This document shows positions 41,201 through 53,219 of a stretch of DNA of 64,000 nucleotides, piece after piece. The notes below the pieces were generated by a model. It had not been told where the DNA came from and searched no databases. It saw only the letters and a program-made list of their open reading frames with translations. A program made the translations under genes and the position numbers. Within the stretch, counting starts at the first letter, position 1. Every line of letters begins with the position of its first letter. Source of the stretch: Raillietiella orientalis (lineage: Eukaryota); the NCBI GenBank assembly GCA_036172245.1, contig JAYWIR010000028.1, positions 1,736,001 to 1,800,000 of the forward strand. Reading direction: 5' to 3'.

Positions 41201-44200
41201 CACAGCAGAAGTCCAAAACCACCAGAATTACAGCCATCTTTCATTGGCGCGCCTCTCTTGGAATATCTCTTCCGCATGGCGGGCCAGTATTCCATCTGCA
41301 AAAGCACAGCCGTTCATCGAAGATCTGCGAAAACATGAATGAAGCTGATTGCTACAGAGATAAGAGGACTGTTTTGACTGCTTCCTTGTTGCTCTCTGTC
41401 ATTCGCCGAGCACGTGAGACATCTACAAACAAGTAGCGAATTTTTTTTTTTTTTTTTTCTACGCAGAGCTAAGAGCTTCTTCCATCCGCTGGTGGTTCGC
41501 TGTAATTGGATTGCGAAAAAAAAAAAAAAAAAACGGGAACCGAATAATTCGGATATTAATTAATCAATCAAACTTCCATGAAGGACTACGCCCTGATACG
41601 ATCAGGAGCTCGTTTAGGCAGACAAGGGTGTGTGAAGTGAATCTCTGAAATTGAATTTTCGGTCTCAAAACTTCCTTCGTGATGTGGATCGAATCCCCCG
41701 TAATTTTTCATCTTGATATTTTTGGATGAGTAAATTGCTCGTTATCGATTCTCAGATATTGCAGGACTGTTTCTGGGTAACTGGATTCTTTTAATAAGAT
41801 CCTTCAAGCGCTCAATTCACCTTTTCTTTTTCGTGATGACTTATTTTAGGTCATCGTTTCATTGCTAGGTCACTTATCCTATTTCAGTTTTCTAATGTAT
41901 TTAGAGGCACCTCGAAACACCTCATGAGCCTCGAAACTTCTCGGATGTATATTGAAGCTGAATGGTCATCGCTGATTTCTGATTGACCGTGTTTCAGAAT
42001 CTCTTAATTCAGTATCAGAGCATGGACCCAAATTCCCTTTCGGAATGCAGTTCTATCAGCCAGCCTTCCACGTTCATGACCCCACGAAGAAAATTCGGAG
42101 CTTCTTCCTCAAACTCGCTCGTTACGGAGAATTTTTCATAAGAAGCACTTTTATGAAGAAGAACGTGCGTTGCTCAGTGAGAGTGGTACACCTGTTGCCA
42201 AGCAGCTCAATGCGAAGAATTCGAGTCACGCGGCAAGCATCAAATGCATGATGTACATTGCATGCAATTAGCAGCTAAGGGAGGATGAAATGCTTTAAAG
42301 TGTTCGGAGCACAGAATGCAAGCTATAATTGGTAGCGAAAACGCCAAAGTACACTGCAGTGTTTCTGAAATTCACAATCTAAATGTTCTCTGGCATGTGA
42401 AATTCGGTAGGTTGATGGTTTCCGCGATGTCTAACATTACTGCATCATCTACTGGTTACATTTTTCGTGTTCTTCACTAGCCTACCTACGCGGTACAATG
42501 TACAATCTAAAGAGCTAAAAAAAAAAAAAACATGTACATCATGCATGACCTGGTTTCATTCGGTTGCCTTGAAAGAGCACTTGAACCCTTTCGAGCTTGA
42601 AAATGACCACTCTTTGGCTGTGAAGGCAGCATGAGGGAAGGGGAAATTCTCAGAGTTCCTGACTGACGAACGGCGTCCCTATTTCTTGTTTTCCGTGGTG
42701 TTGGGCGAGTTGGGATGCGCTCTAAGCTTGAGGTGAGGATGCGTCGCTGCTCGGGATCTCTCAACCAAGAAGATGAAATCCCCCCAACTATGCAAAACCA
42801 GCATCCAGCGAGCGGAATTCAATCCGTTGCCATGTTTCCACGTTGTGATCAACACCCGCGGTTGGTGTTAGCTCCGACAAATAGCGAATCCCATCTCGAC
42901 CAATCAAGGAAGAGGGAAAGATACACAACACCTTAGGAAGGGGGAGGAAAAAAAGAAAAACGCGTGTTTCCCGCGTTTCAGGCTGGAAGGAAAATAGGAC
43001 TATCTCGGCGACGCACAGAGTATTTGGTAACACTGGATTCTTATGAGGGGCGCCAAAGCGTCTTGGGCTTTCCGGCAACCCGAGGGAAGGCGAAACTCTA
43101 CACCGTCTCCAAGGAGTACAGTACGCAAGGCGGTATCCAGTTGAGGATCACTTAAGATAAGCTGCAGTGCACTTCTGCACTGAACGTAGATCGATTCGCA
43201 GGCAACGAATAAGGCGTACAAAAGCACATCTCGGGCCTTATTGGATCAATTCGCAGTCTTCGCTGCGGATGCCTCAGCGAGAGCAGAAGCGTATTCTGCG
43301 AGAAAATCGGCTGCAAGGAGAAAAAAAAAAAAAAAAAATAGAAAACTCTTTCAAAGGAAAGGAAAGCGAACTATTTTATCAATAATAGAGCAACCCCGAG
43401 TTCGATTTTCTACAAAGAGGAGAAGAGTAGGCAGGAGAATGAATTATGTATTTGAGAAACTGTTCGGGTGCAGAGCACAGATAGGCAGCAACACGGTGCC
43501 GTTGACGCTCCTGGAAAAGTGATGCGGTGAATGCTCTCCCTGCAAGGAAAACTTATCATTTCAGTGTTCCGGAAAATGATTGGGAATCTTCCTTGCATTT
43601 TCAGGCACCGATTCGTAATTCACGAGCTTGGAATTCGTGAGAGCGAAACGTGGCACGCTGCACCCAGGAAGATAAGTGTGAGCTTTTATCCCGAGATCCA
43701 GATGCCTGGGAACAAGGGACCGAGTGCCTACTTCTCTTGAATGTCGAAACTTTCGGGATTGCACGGCGATCCACTGCTCCCAGCTGAATACGCCGCTGCT
43801 CTCTGCAAAGGATTGTGCTTTTCGACGTGAACAAATGTCTCCCAACAGTGATTCGGCACTGCGAAGCTGACACCATTTACTGTTCCAACGGCCACGCCCT
43901 CAAACGGGCTACAAGCTGCAGCCGACGCGTTCAAAGAATCGCAGCTCTCACGAACGGGTAAACCGAAGGAGTTTGCCTATCTTCCTGCTTTCCTTCGGAA
44001 GGAAACGATCCGACAGGTTCAGCGAGCGGAGAAAAATGGGATCAGAACAGGATACAAGTCCAAGCATCGTCAGTATCCTACCCCTCGAACTGCAGAAAGA
44101 ATGATTGCCAGGAATCATGGGAAGGGGCAGCTAAAAATCGCTCAGAGAGAGGTAAGCGATGGGAGCAGGTTATCGACGGTTAGCACTGTGGGGAGGTAAG

Positions 44201-46084
44201 GATGTTCCTGCCGCCTGGAGCCACCGTCTTGTGAGACTGGCGCTGGCTGCACTTCAAATCAAGGCAGCTTGCGGTCTCCGTCGAGCTCGCTGCAGAAAGC
44301 TGAGGACGTTTTCAGGGTGCATTATTAAACACCAGCAGGAAAGTCCCCCGCAGAAACAGCATAGCGGGTACCTCCAAGAATCTCCCGGGTTCCACTGTTT
44401 TATAACACGGATCCCCCTGGTTATTCAGCTGACAGCAGGAACTATCATCGCTGTACATGAAACTCCCACATTAAACTGTCAGGCTCGTACGCCGCACCAA
44501 TGGCAGCTGGCTCCGAGACGTCCATCCAAGAATGTCTGGATCAATCTCGAATCGTTCCTATCCATCCATCCCCGTCATCTTTTGCCCGCTCTGCTACTCC
44601 TTATGCGACGAAGATGCCATCCGGATGATGAGAAATCAGAGATGCAACTTCTTGCTCTTCCGAAGAAACACGCCGGAAAGCGGTGCGGTACTTTGAGTTC
44701 GTGCATTCTGTATTAGGTATCCTGAAATCTCCAAAGTTCAGGAGGCACTACGGGGATCCTCAAACTCAGATTCAGTCAAAGGGTGCAACTTCCTGTCCTC
44801 CTTTACATGATTATTATTCTAAGCAAACCGTTCACTTGACAATCCACATGCCTCCTTTGTCAAAGGGGAACCAAGGGCGCCTGGTCTTAAAGATGCCCAG
44901 ACACCGAACCCGACTAGCCGTAAGAGCTCGAAGATGAAAGATGACTTTCGAAAAGCGCTGCGGAGCCAGAAAGGAGATTTGGGCACTGCTGGAGGCGTCG
45001 GTGATCCCTCGAAACTCCTTCCGGAGCCTGAGATGGTGATTAATGTGCCGGAAGGATGCCATCAAGGTTTCGAGGAAGCTCTCGCTGAATTTTCTTAATC
45101 AGGAGCGGACGGAAACTAATCTGCTGGAAGAACGGATCAGTCACTCGTGTTTTCTCGCGAAAGCTACAGGAGGAGCTGAGGGCACTCTCTCCGAAACCGA
45201 CTGCAGCGAAAGAAGGAAATCAATGTGGTCCTCTTCGACAGCAGCGGATTGAAAAGGAGAAAAAGAATCGAATCATTTTGTTTATCTTCTAGTTTTGCAG
45301 CTATGGAGAGACTGCTCTCTGGGATACACAGCCATCCTCAAATTCCAAGAAAATACCCTGGGAAACGAAAAAGAGAATCAAATGAAGCATTTCAGTCGAA
45401 AGAGATGCTCCACGGGGAAGCCGGGTTTCCTGAGGTCCCTCCCCTCGTGCTCCTTGCAGTCCCTATTCTTGGTCGATAAAAATGATGGATGCGCTTTAGA
45501 ATCCACACAATCCAGGAGGCTGGTAGAGTTCAGGAACGGGGAGGGAGCCCTAGCAATCCTTCTTCTTCACGCGGCCATTTTTTCGCCCACCCAAGTTGTC
45601 TGCAAAAGAAACCTCCGTACTACGAGCATCCATCATCTGATATTATCACTCTTCTTCCAGCTCTATAGCTCGAACGCTCAGTCCAGGAGCCCCTCATAGG
45701 AAGCAGGAAACAAGGTGAATGTCGTCGTCCCAGTTGCGTGCGCTTCAGGAAACTTCAGGTTTTCTTCCCGGTTCGTCGGCACCCGGACGCGCAGAAGTGT
45801 CTACTAGCCAGTTGAATATTCTATTGAACGCCTTACAGTCAATATAATATCTATGATAGCATCTTGAAACTTTTAGAAGAAATGCTTTGGGAAATATAAA
45901 ACCCTGAACGTTTCGATTGATAATTCATAATTAACAACCTCTGTCGTAGTAGGAGAACGTGCATTAAATAAAAGGTAAAAAAAAAATAAGTATGTTTTCA
46001 TTAACTGAGAGAGGATGAGATGAGTTTTATTTTTGGGACCATCTTCAGATTCTAACCGGAGCCCGGTCTTCAGGGGATTCATTT

Positions 46085-46566
46085 CAGGAAGAGCACGCTA
46101 GTGTGGTGCATCCTTACTTTTTCTTCTTCTTTCCCGGAGGACACCCGCAAGCAGCTCCTTGCTGCTACTCTGAAGGGAACCCCAAAGGGACACCTCCGAA
46201 TTTTCCCTGGAGAGCACTTCCCTAAGGGAGCAGCGCACTTCTTCACGCTCTGGAGAGGTATCATCAATCCACCAGCTCCATAGTACGAGATGAAAGGTCT
46301 TTCCCCCTCCGAGGAGTGGGGCTGCTCCACTTTGACAACCATAGGGGAACCCCGAAAGACCACATGCTTGATTTCTGGGAGGACCCCGGAGGGTCAACTT
46401 CCAATCTTTGCCGGTGGAAGGAGGCATCCGACTTGCACTGGCACAGCAGCCAAAGCCTACAGACCAGCCAGCCATCTTGCGGGGAGAACTCGAGACCCAT
46501 GACGCACCCCCCACTTCTCAGCGTCGATCATCCGCGTAGGGATTCGAACCCGCAACGGCGCAACGC
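46085..46566 (-). mobile_element. SINE copy
   Basis: Perfect B-box GGTTCGAATCC (46550-46540) and shared body. Confidence 0.8.
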
Positions 46567-47023
46567 CTGGTACCCTCTAGGCGGAGCCGAGGGACTCAGA
46601 CGCAAAGTACCTCGACGGTGCTTTCGCAAGGAAGGACAGGACTTTCCGCTATCCAAGTCCAGAGAAACCGTTCGAAGGAGGGACCGTGGTGGCCTCGCGC
46701 CGTTGTCCGGAGCCGATGACCTCCGTGCACGGAGGGAGTCGCGAGCGTGAAAAAAAGTTATCCCCGATCAGCGAGACCGTCGTTCCTGCTTGGTACTTCC
46801 CCCTCCGCTATGGGCAACGGTTTTCCGCCCCTTCCCTTGGGTTCAAGCGAGACTCGGCGCGGCAGTTTCGGGAAGATGCTGAGCGAATATGGAAACTGCT
46901 GGATCCAAGGAGGTCCAAATCTCCCGTCGACGAGACGTTGACCGCAGCCATGTTCCGGAGCGGAGGTGGTGCGCGCTTCTTCGGCGCAGACAGCAGCGAG
47001 TGCCTCTGCACGAAATGAGGATG

Positions 47024-47650
47024 GCACTGCGTTGACGGCCGTGTGGCTTCCGTGTTCTCCCACGTGGGGCGCAAGCGTTGAGGGTTCGAATCTCCACGTG
47101 GATTGTCGACGCCCCAGAAATGGGGAGCGTTGTGGGTCTCAGCAAGGTCTCAAATCCCCCAGCAAGATAACGCTGGTTGACCTGCAGGCTTCGGGTGTGG
47201 CACCAGTGGAAGCCGGATGCCTTCGTTGAATGGCCGGGATTGAAATTTGGCTCTCCGGGGTCCTCCCAGGAGTCAAGGAGGCGGTTCCCTTGGGAACTCC
47301 CCTCCAGTGGTGAAAATGAGATCGCCCTCCATCGCGTGTCATGGAGCTGGTTGATACCCTCCCCGGGGGTTTGCCTCTCCAGAGTGCAAGCGCGCTACTC
47401 CCTCCGGGGAGCCGTCCTTCAGAGAAATTGGGGAAGCGTTTCTTCGGGGTTCACTTCGGAGGAATAAAAAACAAGGAGTGGTAGGGGGACCTTGCGGGCC
47501 CTTGCGGGCTCCCTCCGGAGATGAAATCCCACGAGCGGATCCTTTCCAGTTTCCCATCGGAGAAGAAACGAGTAGTGGCCTCCACCATGACACGAGAATG
47601 AGGAAGAGATTACCTTCGGGAACAACCAGGGTGAAGGGTTTCCTTCGGGG
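47024..47650 (+). mobile_element. SINE copy
   Basis: GGCCGTGTGG..GGTTCGAATC (47083-47092) and shared body. Confidence 0.8.
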
Positions 47651-49283
47651 TCCCTACCAAACGTGAGAGGAACAAACTCCTTCCTCCGGAGCCTTCCGGA
47701 ACTCAGGGGGTGATCCCTAGCTCGAAGAGTGACTACACGCATCCTCGGATGACGTGAACAGCGTTAAAGAGCTCCGTGAACTCCTAGAGGAACGGATCTT
47801 GACTAATTAGACAGAGCCGCCCCCCTCCTTCAAAAAAATACGGGACCGTCCGTCTTCTCTTGAGCGTTCGCTCTGCCTTTCGCCCCCGACCCGTGGATTC
47901 CTCCCCTCCATCACTACTCCACCCCGATGCGAGATGGCGCGTCTCTCCGTGCCTGTTCTTCCACTTTGCCGGGCAGGCAGGAGCCTCGGATCAGCAAAGT
48001 CCACCAGAAGGAAGCCCACAACCTTATGACCCCCTTCCCTCCCTCCTCTGTCCCCCTTCCTTCCGCGAGCGCATTTCCTCTGCTGCTGCTGCCGCAAACC
48101 CGTCTCGCCTACTCACCTTCCCTCGCACGCACCCTCGATGTACAACAGGAACGAGAAGAACCGGTCTGCAGCCCGCTCCCGGCGAATTCCAGAGCACTGG
48201 TGCGCGGTGTGAAGAACGAGACCGGCTCGTATCCTGGTCCCGGACCCGATTCAAGACTGGAGCAGGCGAGCCGCATACGCGCCTTGTAAATTCCTGTCAA
48301 AATCTCTTGCGCAGGTCTAGAGTGGCAGCAGGGAAGAGACGAACGGGACTTCGCGCCCCGTTGCTCGCCTCCGTGGGAACGCACGGGGTGCTCCTGCAGG
48401 ATCCACTGCGGCGCACGCGCTGCCCGCCTCCCTCTCCCGCCACAGCAGATGCGGCCATCGCTCCTTCCGGAGACGACTGTCTGCCGAGAGAGGGAGCGGA
48501 CATCCGCGCGAGCTGCCCACGGGAGAGGCAGGCTCCTCCGGAACTGCTGGAGCGTTCCCTTTTCGTGAGCCAATGGGGCCTCCGAGCATCCCGGGTACCA
48601 AAGATCGCGAGGATGCCCTCTCTCTCGTCACCTCCGAGAGGGAGGTCATCCACAGGATCGCATCGGGGACCGAACGGGTGCACGTGGATCCACAGTTCCC
48701 GCGCCACTTGTGAAGAGTCCTGCAGTCGGTGCTCCGTGGAAAGAAAGAAAGAGAAAGGGCGGAGCCCGAGGAGCCGTTTCCAGGTGCAGTCGGCCATTCC
48801 CAGGTGCGGTGGTGTAACCGATCACTTCGGGATGGGTATGGGTTGCCTTTGGGGGGCAGCCGGTCGGGGTTTCTCCTAGCGGATGCAAGGAGCTTACAGG
48901 AAATCGTCGTCTTTCCTCGATTACTGCTGACTCGTCTTAAGCTCACAGTGGTTCCTCCCTCTCCCGACAAGTCACCTGGAAGGCGGGCGCTTCCTTCATT
49001 TCTCGCGAACCTGGACTGTGCGGGGGAAACTCCTCGCAGCCATCGCGATCTCGTGAACCCATCAAGCGATCCCGCCCAAGCCCAAGCAATTGGGAAAGCG
49101 GGAGCCGACAGCAAAACAGCAGCAGGCGGGTGAACTCTCCCGTCTTCGCGGATTCCCACAGGGATTCGACTTTTTCACTTCCCTATGCGTCTTGGAGCCA
49201 TCCGAACCTTCCAGAGATGACAGGGGGACCTCAAAGGACCCGAGAAGAGAAGATCCACGCGAGGATTTTTCTCATCGCATTCG

Positions 49284-49368
49284 ATTCGTGTACTAATTCA
49301 TGTATTCATTTCCTGTGCTTAATTCGTGTATTTAATTCCTGTATTATTCGTGTATTCAATTCGTGTAT
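49284..49368. repeat. Degenerate 12-13 bp tandem repeat (AATTCGTGTATT-like), about 7 copies
   Basis: Read directly. It marks the switch from GC-rich flank to AT-rich virus-like sequence. Confidence 0.85.
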
Positions 49369-49919
49369 GATAAATTCAATTTAACTGCATGAAAAATAAT
49401 AAATACAGTTTGCTTGTTCAAAAGATTTGATATTAATTGTTAACAAATGAATACAATATTTTGGATTTGATATAATGAATACATTAAGTATATCAATATG
49501 AAATATGAAATATGAAATGAATCCTGATTCATAGGTACACTGAGTGTTGCAAGCAGCAAAATGTTCTTCGCCATGTACTTCTTGGCATAATTGAAATGAC
49601 CACCAGCAGAAGCTCAACCTGTACGATTGAGGCCCCACCCAATACTTCATTCCCACTAACTTTGCCTGCTGGAAACTACTTTTCAGCTCTGTCACGTTGC
49701 ATCCTTTCAACCAACCCTCGTTGTCTTCTTATCCGTCTGCTCATTGGAACAATAACTACCATAAAAGCTTAGTATAGCCCAAACCCTCCTTCGCACTCGC
49801 ATAATTACGGCACAAAATGGAACAACCATTAGCAACCACTCTCTTCGTAAAGGGCACTTTCCAAGAAATCTTCCTGAAAAACCTCCTATAACATCTGCCG
49901 TAACGACGACCACAAAACC

Positions 49920-51485
49920 ACAAAAGAACTCCTTCGGCGGAGCGAACTGTTGAGTGTGCCCCTCGAAGAACTTGTGGTCCCTCCGTCGTGAGTGAACACC
50001 TTCGTGTTCTTCTTCGACGTGCTTCTTCTGCTGCTGCATTGGGGTTTCCATTGCAATCAGCGCGCACACCTAGTTTCGGAGGGAGCTGCCTCCTTGAACT
50101 GCAGAATCTTCGGAATGGCTCTCACATTTGCTCTTCCAAGGACTGTGGCAGAGGCTGCCTTCAGCGCGTTCCTTCACCAGGGGTACGCCGCCATCGACAT
50201 GATGCGGCTGTTCTTCAAGCGTAGAGACCTCTCTCTCTAGGTGCGGTCATCGCAACGATCAGTTGCATCCGCGCCATCGTCATAGGGCCCACCACGTGTT
50301 GGTGTTGCAAGAGCCAACATGGATTGCAGACGCCAGCATGAGGACGGCTGCCAGGTGGCCACATCTCAACGAAGCAGCAAGGAAGGATCTCGCCAGCATT
50401 CAGCGCCGGTTCTGAAACAGCCTTATTAAACGGCCGGAACGGTTCTACGCAGCCCGACTAAACGTCCTACCAGTCAGGGCTGGGCCCAGAATGAAACCAG
50501 AGGAACGCTCATCTCGGCACTGCCAGACGGAAGACGAAACGTTGTCTCATATATTAAACAGATGCAGAAGGCACTCTCGTGTGTCCATTGAGCGACATTA
50601 CGCGATTCAAGAAATGATTAGCAGACCGTGGCGGATGAGACAAAGTGGACTCTAGTGTCCACTAACCAGAGAACTCCAGGAACGGATTCCCTCTTAAAAC
50701 CAGACCTCGTGATGAAGAAAGGGAACCGGATGATAGTGGTGAACATCTGCTGCCCGTTTGGAGGTGGAAGAGACGCTGTCAGCACAGCTAGGAGGAACAA
50801 ACGGGAAAAGTAAAAGGAAGTAGCTCTCGAGCTAGGCAGAGTGGGGGAAGCAATGCAGGGCGCATGCTCTCAGCGTTGGCTCGCTGGGAGCCTGGGATCC
50901 AGGTAACGAAGAAGTGCTGCGGGATCTTGGAATTCCTAAGAAGCACTCGGAGAAGATGAGTCACCGGATGGTGGCTTCGTGTATCCGGCACTCCAAAGAC
51001 ATTTATGCCGCTTACGTCACACGAGGGACTGACAGTCAGATACAGTCGCAGAACCCCAGCGGTCAGCTCTCGCGAGATAGAGGACAGGAAGCTGTGGAAG
51101 CAACAGGCTGACAGGCGACGAGTGCCCCAGACGGACAGATGAGGAATCCCGGAAGAATGTCAAGAACCCCCTCTGTAACGCGATGTAAAATTATGAATTT
51201 CAAACAATAAAACCGAGGCCAATGGAACAAGCCGGGCACAGCTACAGGAACGGCCGAAGCCAAAGACCCTTGTCTCCACTTTCCACATCTTTTTTTTATT
51301 TTCTATATATAAACATATATATTTGCAGTCCCCTCCCTCCGGTTCCGTAGTTTCACGGTGCCCGACCTGAGTGTCGGACAGCCCTTCCCTTGAACTTCTT
51401 ATCCCTTAGTCTGAGAACCTAGTTCCTAGATGGTTTGTTCATTTTTTTTTTTCTTAAATAAATGCCCCGGCACAACCCATTGATA
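49920..51485 (+). mobile_element. Tx1-like 3' fragment inserted into the viral cap
   Basis: LLRRSELLSVPLEELVVPP..LHWGFHCNQRAHLV, and a 3' UTR ending AATAAATGCCCCGGCACAACCC. 15-bp TSD GACGACCACAAAACC (49905-49919) / GATGACCAGAAAACC (51486-51500). Confidence 0.9.
50421..51243 (+). mobile_element. NeSL/Utopia-like 3' fragment (CCHC plus restriction-like endonuclease) nested in the Tx1-like copy
   Basis: ARLNVLP..RHCQTEDETLSHILNRC..ERH..LKPDLVMKKG..VVNICCPF..NKREK..VGSLGAWDPGNEEVLRDLGI..IRHSKDIY. The host Tx1 sequence resumes after it (short ACAG duplication). Confidence 0.85.
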
Positions 51486-51879
51486 GATGACCAGAAAACC
51501 TTCTACTCAGCACGGGAGCCACCAAACCGCTCTTCTTCTCATTCACTTTCTTTATTGGTAGTCTCCGCTTACGAACAACAACCGCCATACCTCCTACTCT
51601 TCGGAAGGTTGCCTTCCTACCAACCCCTAAAACAGCGTTTCCCAAACTTTTCTATGATGAAACACTTAACAAATCCTGAAATTTTAACAGAATACCTTGG
51701 TTATTTTATAGGGTAGATAGATCTTAATGATAAATAAAATCAAGCAAGTAAATATAAGAGTTGGGAAAACAAAACGAACACCCATTCTCAAATTTTAATT
51801 ATGTAAAACAAAATACATGAAAATAGTAAATTAAACTTGACAGCATTTAAAATACATTAATTTCCATGATTCTTCACGG

Positions 51880-51941
51880 AGCACTTATTGACTTTCCGAG
51901 GAACACTGGTGTTCCGCGGAATATAGTCAAGTACAGGTGCT
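51880..51941. promoter_or_regulatory. Imperfect long hairpin in the cap/rep intergenic region (candidate viral origin stem)
   Basis: AGCAC..TTGACT-TTCCG-A-GGAACAC-TG-GTGTTCC-G-CGGAA..AGTCAA..GTGCT. There is no nonanucleotide at the apex. Confidence 0.5.
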
Positions 51942-52191
51942 ACCCCAAACAAGATCACCACCACTGAAGCCCCCTTCCCGCCAACCTCCCACTAACTGCG
52001 GAATGACATCAACAGCACGTGGTTTCCCAGGCCATTCCTCCCGATATTAGATTTTCTTATCAAGGAAAGGTCGAGGACCATCCGGGTAGCACTATCTACC
52101 AGATGGCCCTCTCCCGGCACTATCTATGCAGCATGCATTCTGGTAGCTTTCCAGTCTTCCTAACTTCACACTGTTACTCTGCTCAGTCAAC

Positions 52192-53184
52192 ATGCCGCAA
52201 GCAGCAGCAAACTCCTGGTGCGTGACATGAAGCATAAAACAGTGACGAAGACCTCCTAAACACAAAACAGTGGTGCCAATTAAGTGCCATCATCTCTAAA
52301 AAACAAAAAAAAAAAAACTGGCAGCAGCAACACAAACACCCCTTCCCTACCTCCAGGAAGGTGGAGGGTAGGGGTGGTTGCCGTCGGTTTTTACACCAGC
52401 CCCCTCAACTACACGGACCACGGACTCTTCCCCAAATGAAGCGATCACCCTTCTCCAGAGCCTACCCAGAAATTAGAAAAGGAAGCCCCATGCAAGTTAT
52501 GATTATAATACCAAACAAGACCCCCAACCCTGGGCATACGGATCACTCGACGATGGCCCTAGAGAAGAATCATTCCCACAAAAAGAAAAGTACGTTTTTC
52601 TCATTAAATCTTCAAATCATTCCCACAGATTCTGAAACTGATAAGATCCTGGAAAAATGAAACATACGTCCTGGAACATCACGCTAAATTTTACGCTTTC
52701 CCAAAAGAATGCTTCCGACTATATCGTGGCTGCGTTCACCCCAATCCAATGCAAGACTCCGTTCAAGGGAATGGAGCCGATGGCACACCAGCACGTACGC
52801 CACCCTCAACACCCTCGCAACAACATCTGGATCAAGGATGAAAGGCAAAAGGCCATTTTTGCTAAATTCTTGTTCCTTCGAAAAGGCGCCATCTACATGC
52901 TGTCTTCTAAAGAAGAAGACGCAGTGCATCTCTACAACAGAGAATCCATCATCATTACTGACCTCACAAGAGACAACCGCGACTGGGTCCAATGAGGGTT
53001 CATAGCAAGTCTCAAGAATGGAATAATATTCGATTTCAAATACCAAGGATACATAAAATACTTCCCCAGACCCCATGTCATCGTCATGGCAAACTGGGAT
53101 CTTCACCTCCACGAAATGTCCAACCCATGAACAACTCATATTATATACTATGGCAAGCGATGCTTAAGTCGAATAATAAAATGA
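52192..53184 (+). pseudogene. rep: Endogenous CRESS-DNA virus Rep (HUH endonuclease plus SF3 helicase), nanovirus/alphasatellite-like
   Basis: Motifs occur in order across frameshifts: MPQAAANSWCVT (motif I, 52216), PYLQ (II, 52345), RAYPEIRKGS, YNTK..PWAYG (III, 52504-52542), HPRNNIWIKDE..FAKFL (damaged Walker A), IIITDLTR (Walker B, 52948), LKNGIIFDFKY and HVIVMAN (motif C, 53077-53094). In-frame stops at 52228, 52993 and 53128. AATAAA at 53175. Confidence 0.92.
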
Positions 53185-53219
53185 AACTTTTTCAAACAGT
53201 AAAAGGGTGATTTGCAGGA

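Larger units (their letters stand above)
49560..51588 (-). pseudogene. cap: Putative CRESS-DNA virus capsid gene (endogenous), split by a retroelement
   Basis: ATG at 51588. After removing 49920-51485 and one TSD copy the frame reads MAVVVRKRRLPIKKVNEKKSGLVAPVLSRRF(S/C)G(H/R)RYGRCYRRFFRKISWKVPFTKR, an Arg/Lys-rich arm. Downstream ELKSSFQQAKLVGMKYWVGPQ resembles the FDxY(R/K)IxxVKVxFxP strand of circovirus-like capsids. Divergent from rep. Confidence 0.6.

Noticed and set aside
46500..46570. Functional tRNA gene (GGTTCGAATCC)
   Set aside because: No complete cloverleaf. It continues into the shared SINE body, as do the other B-box hits.
47860..49159. Long ORFs of 339 aa (+) and 280 aa (-) as genes
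   Set aside because: GC-rich overlapping frames with Arg/Pro/Ser-biased composition and no recognisable motif; likely chance.
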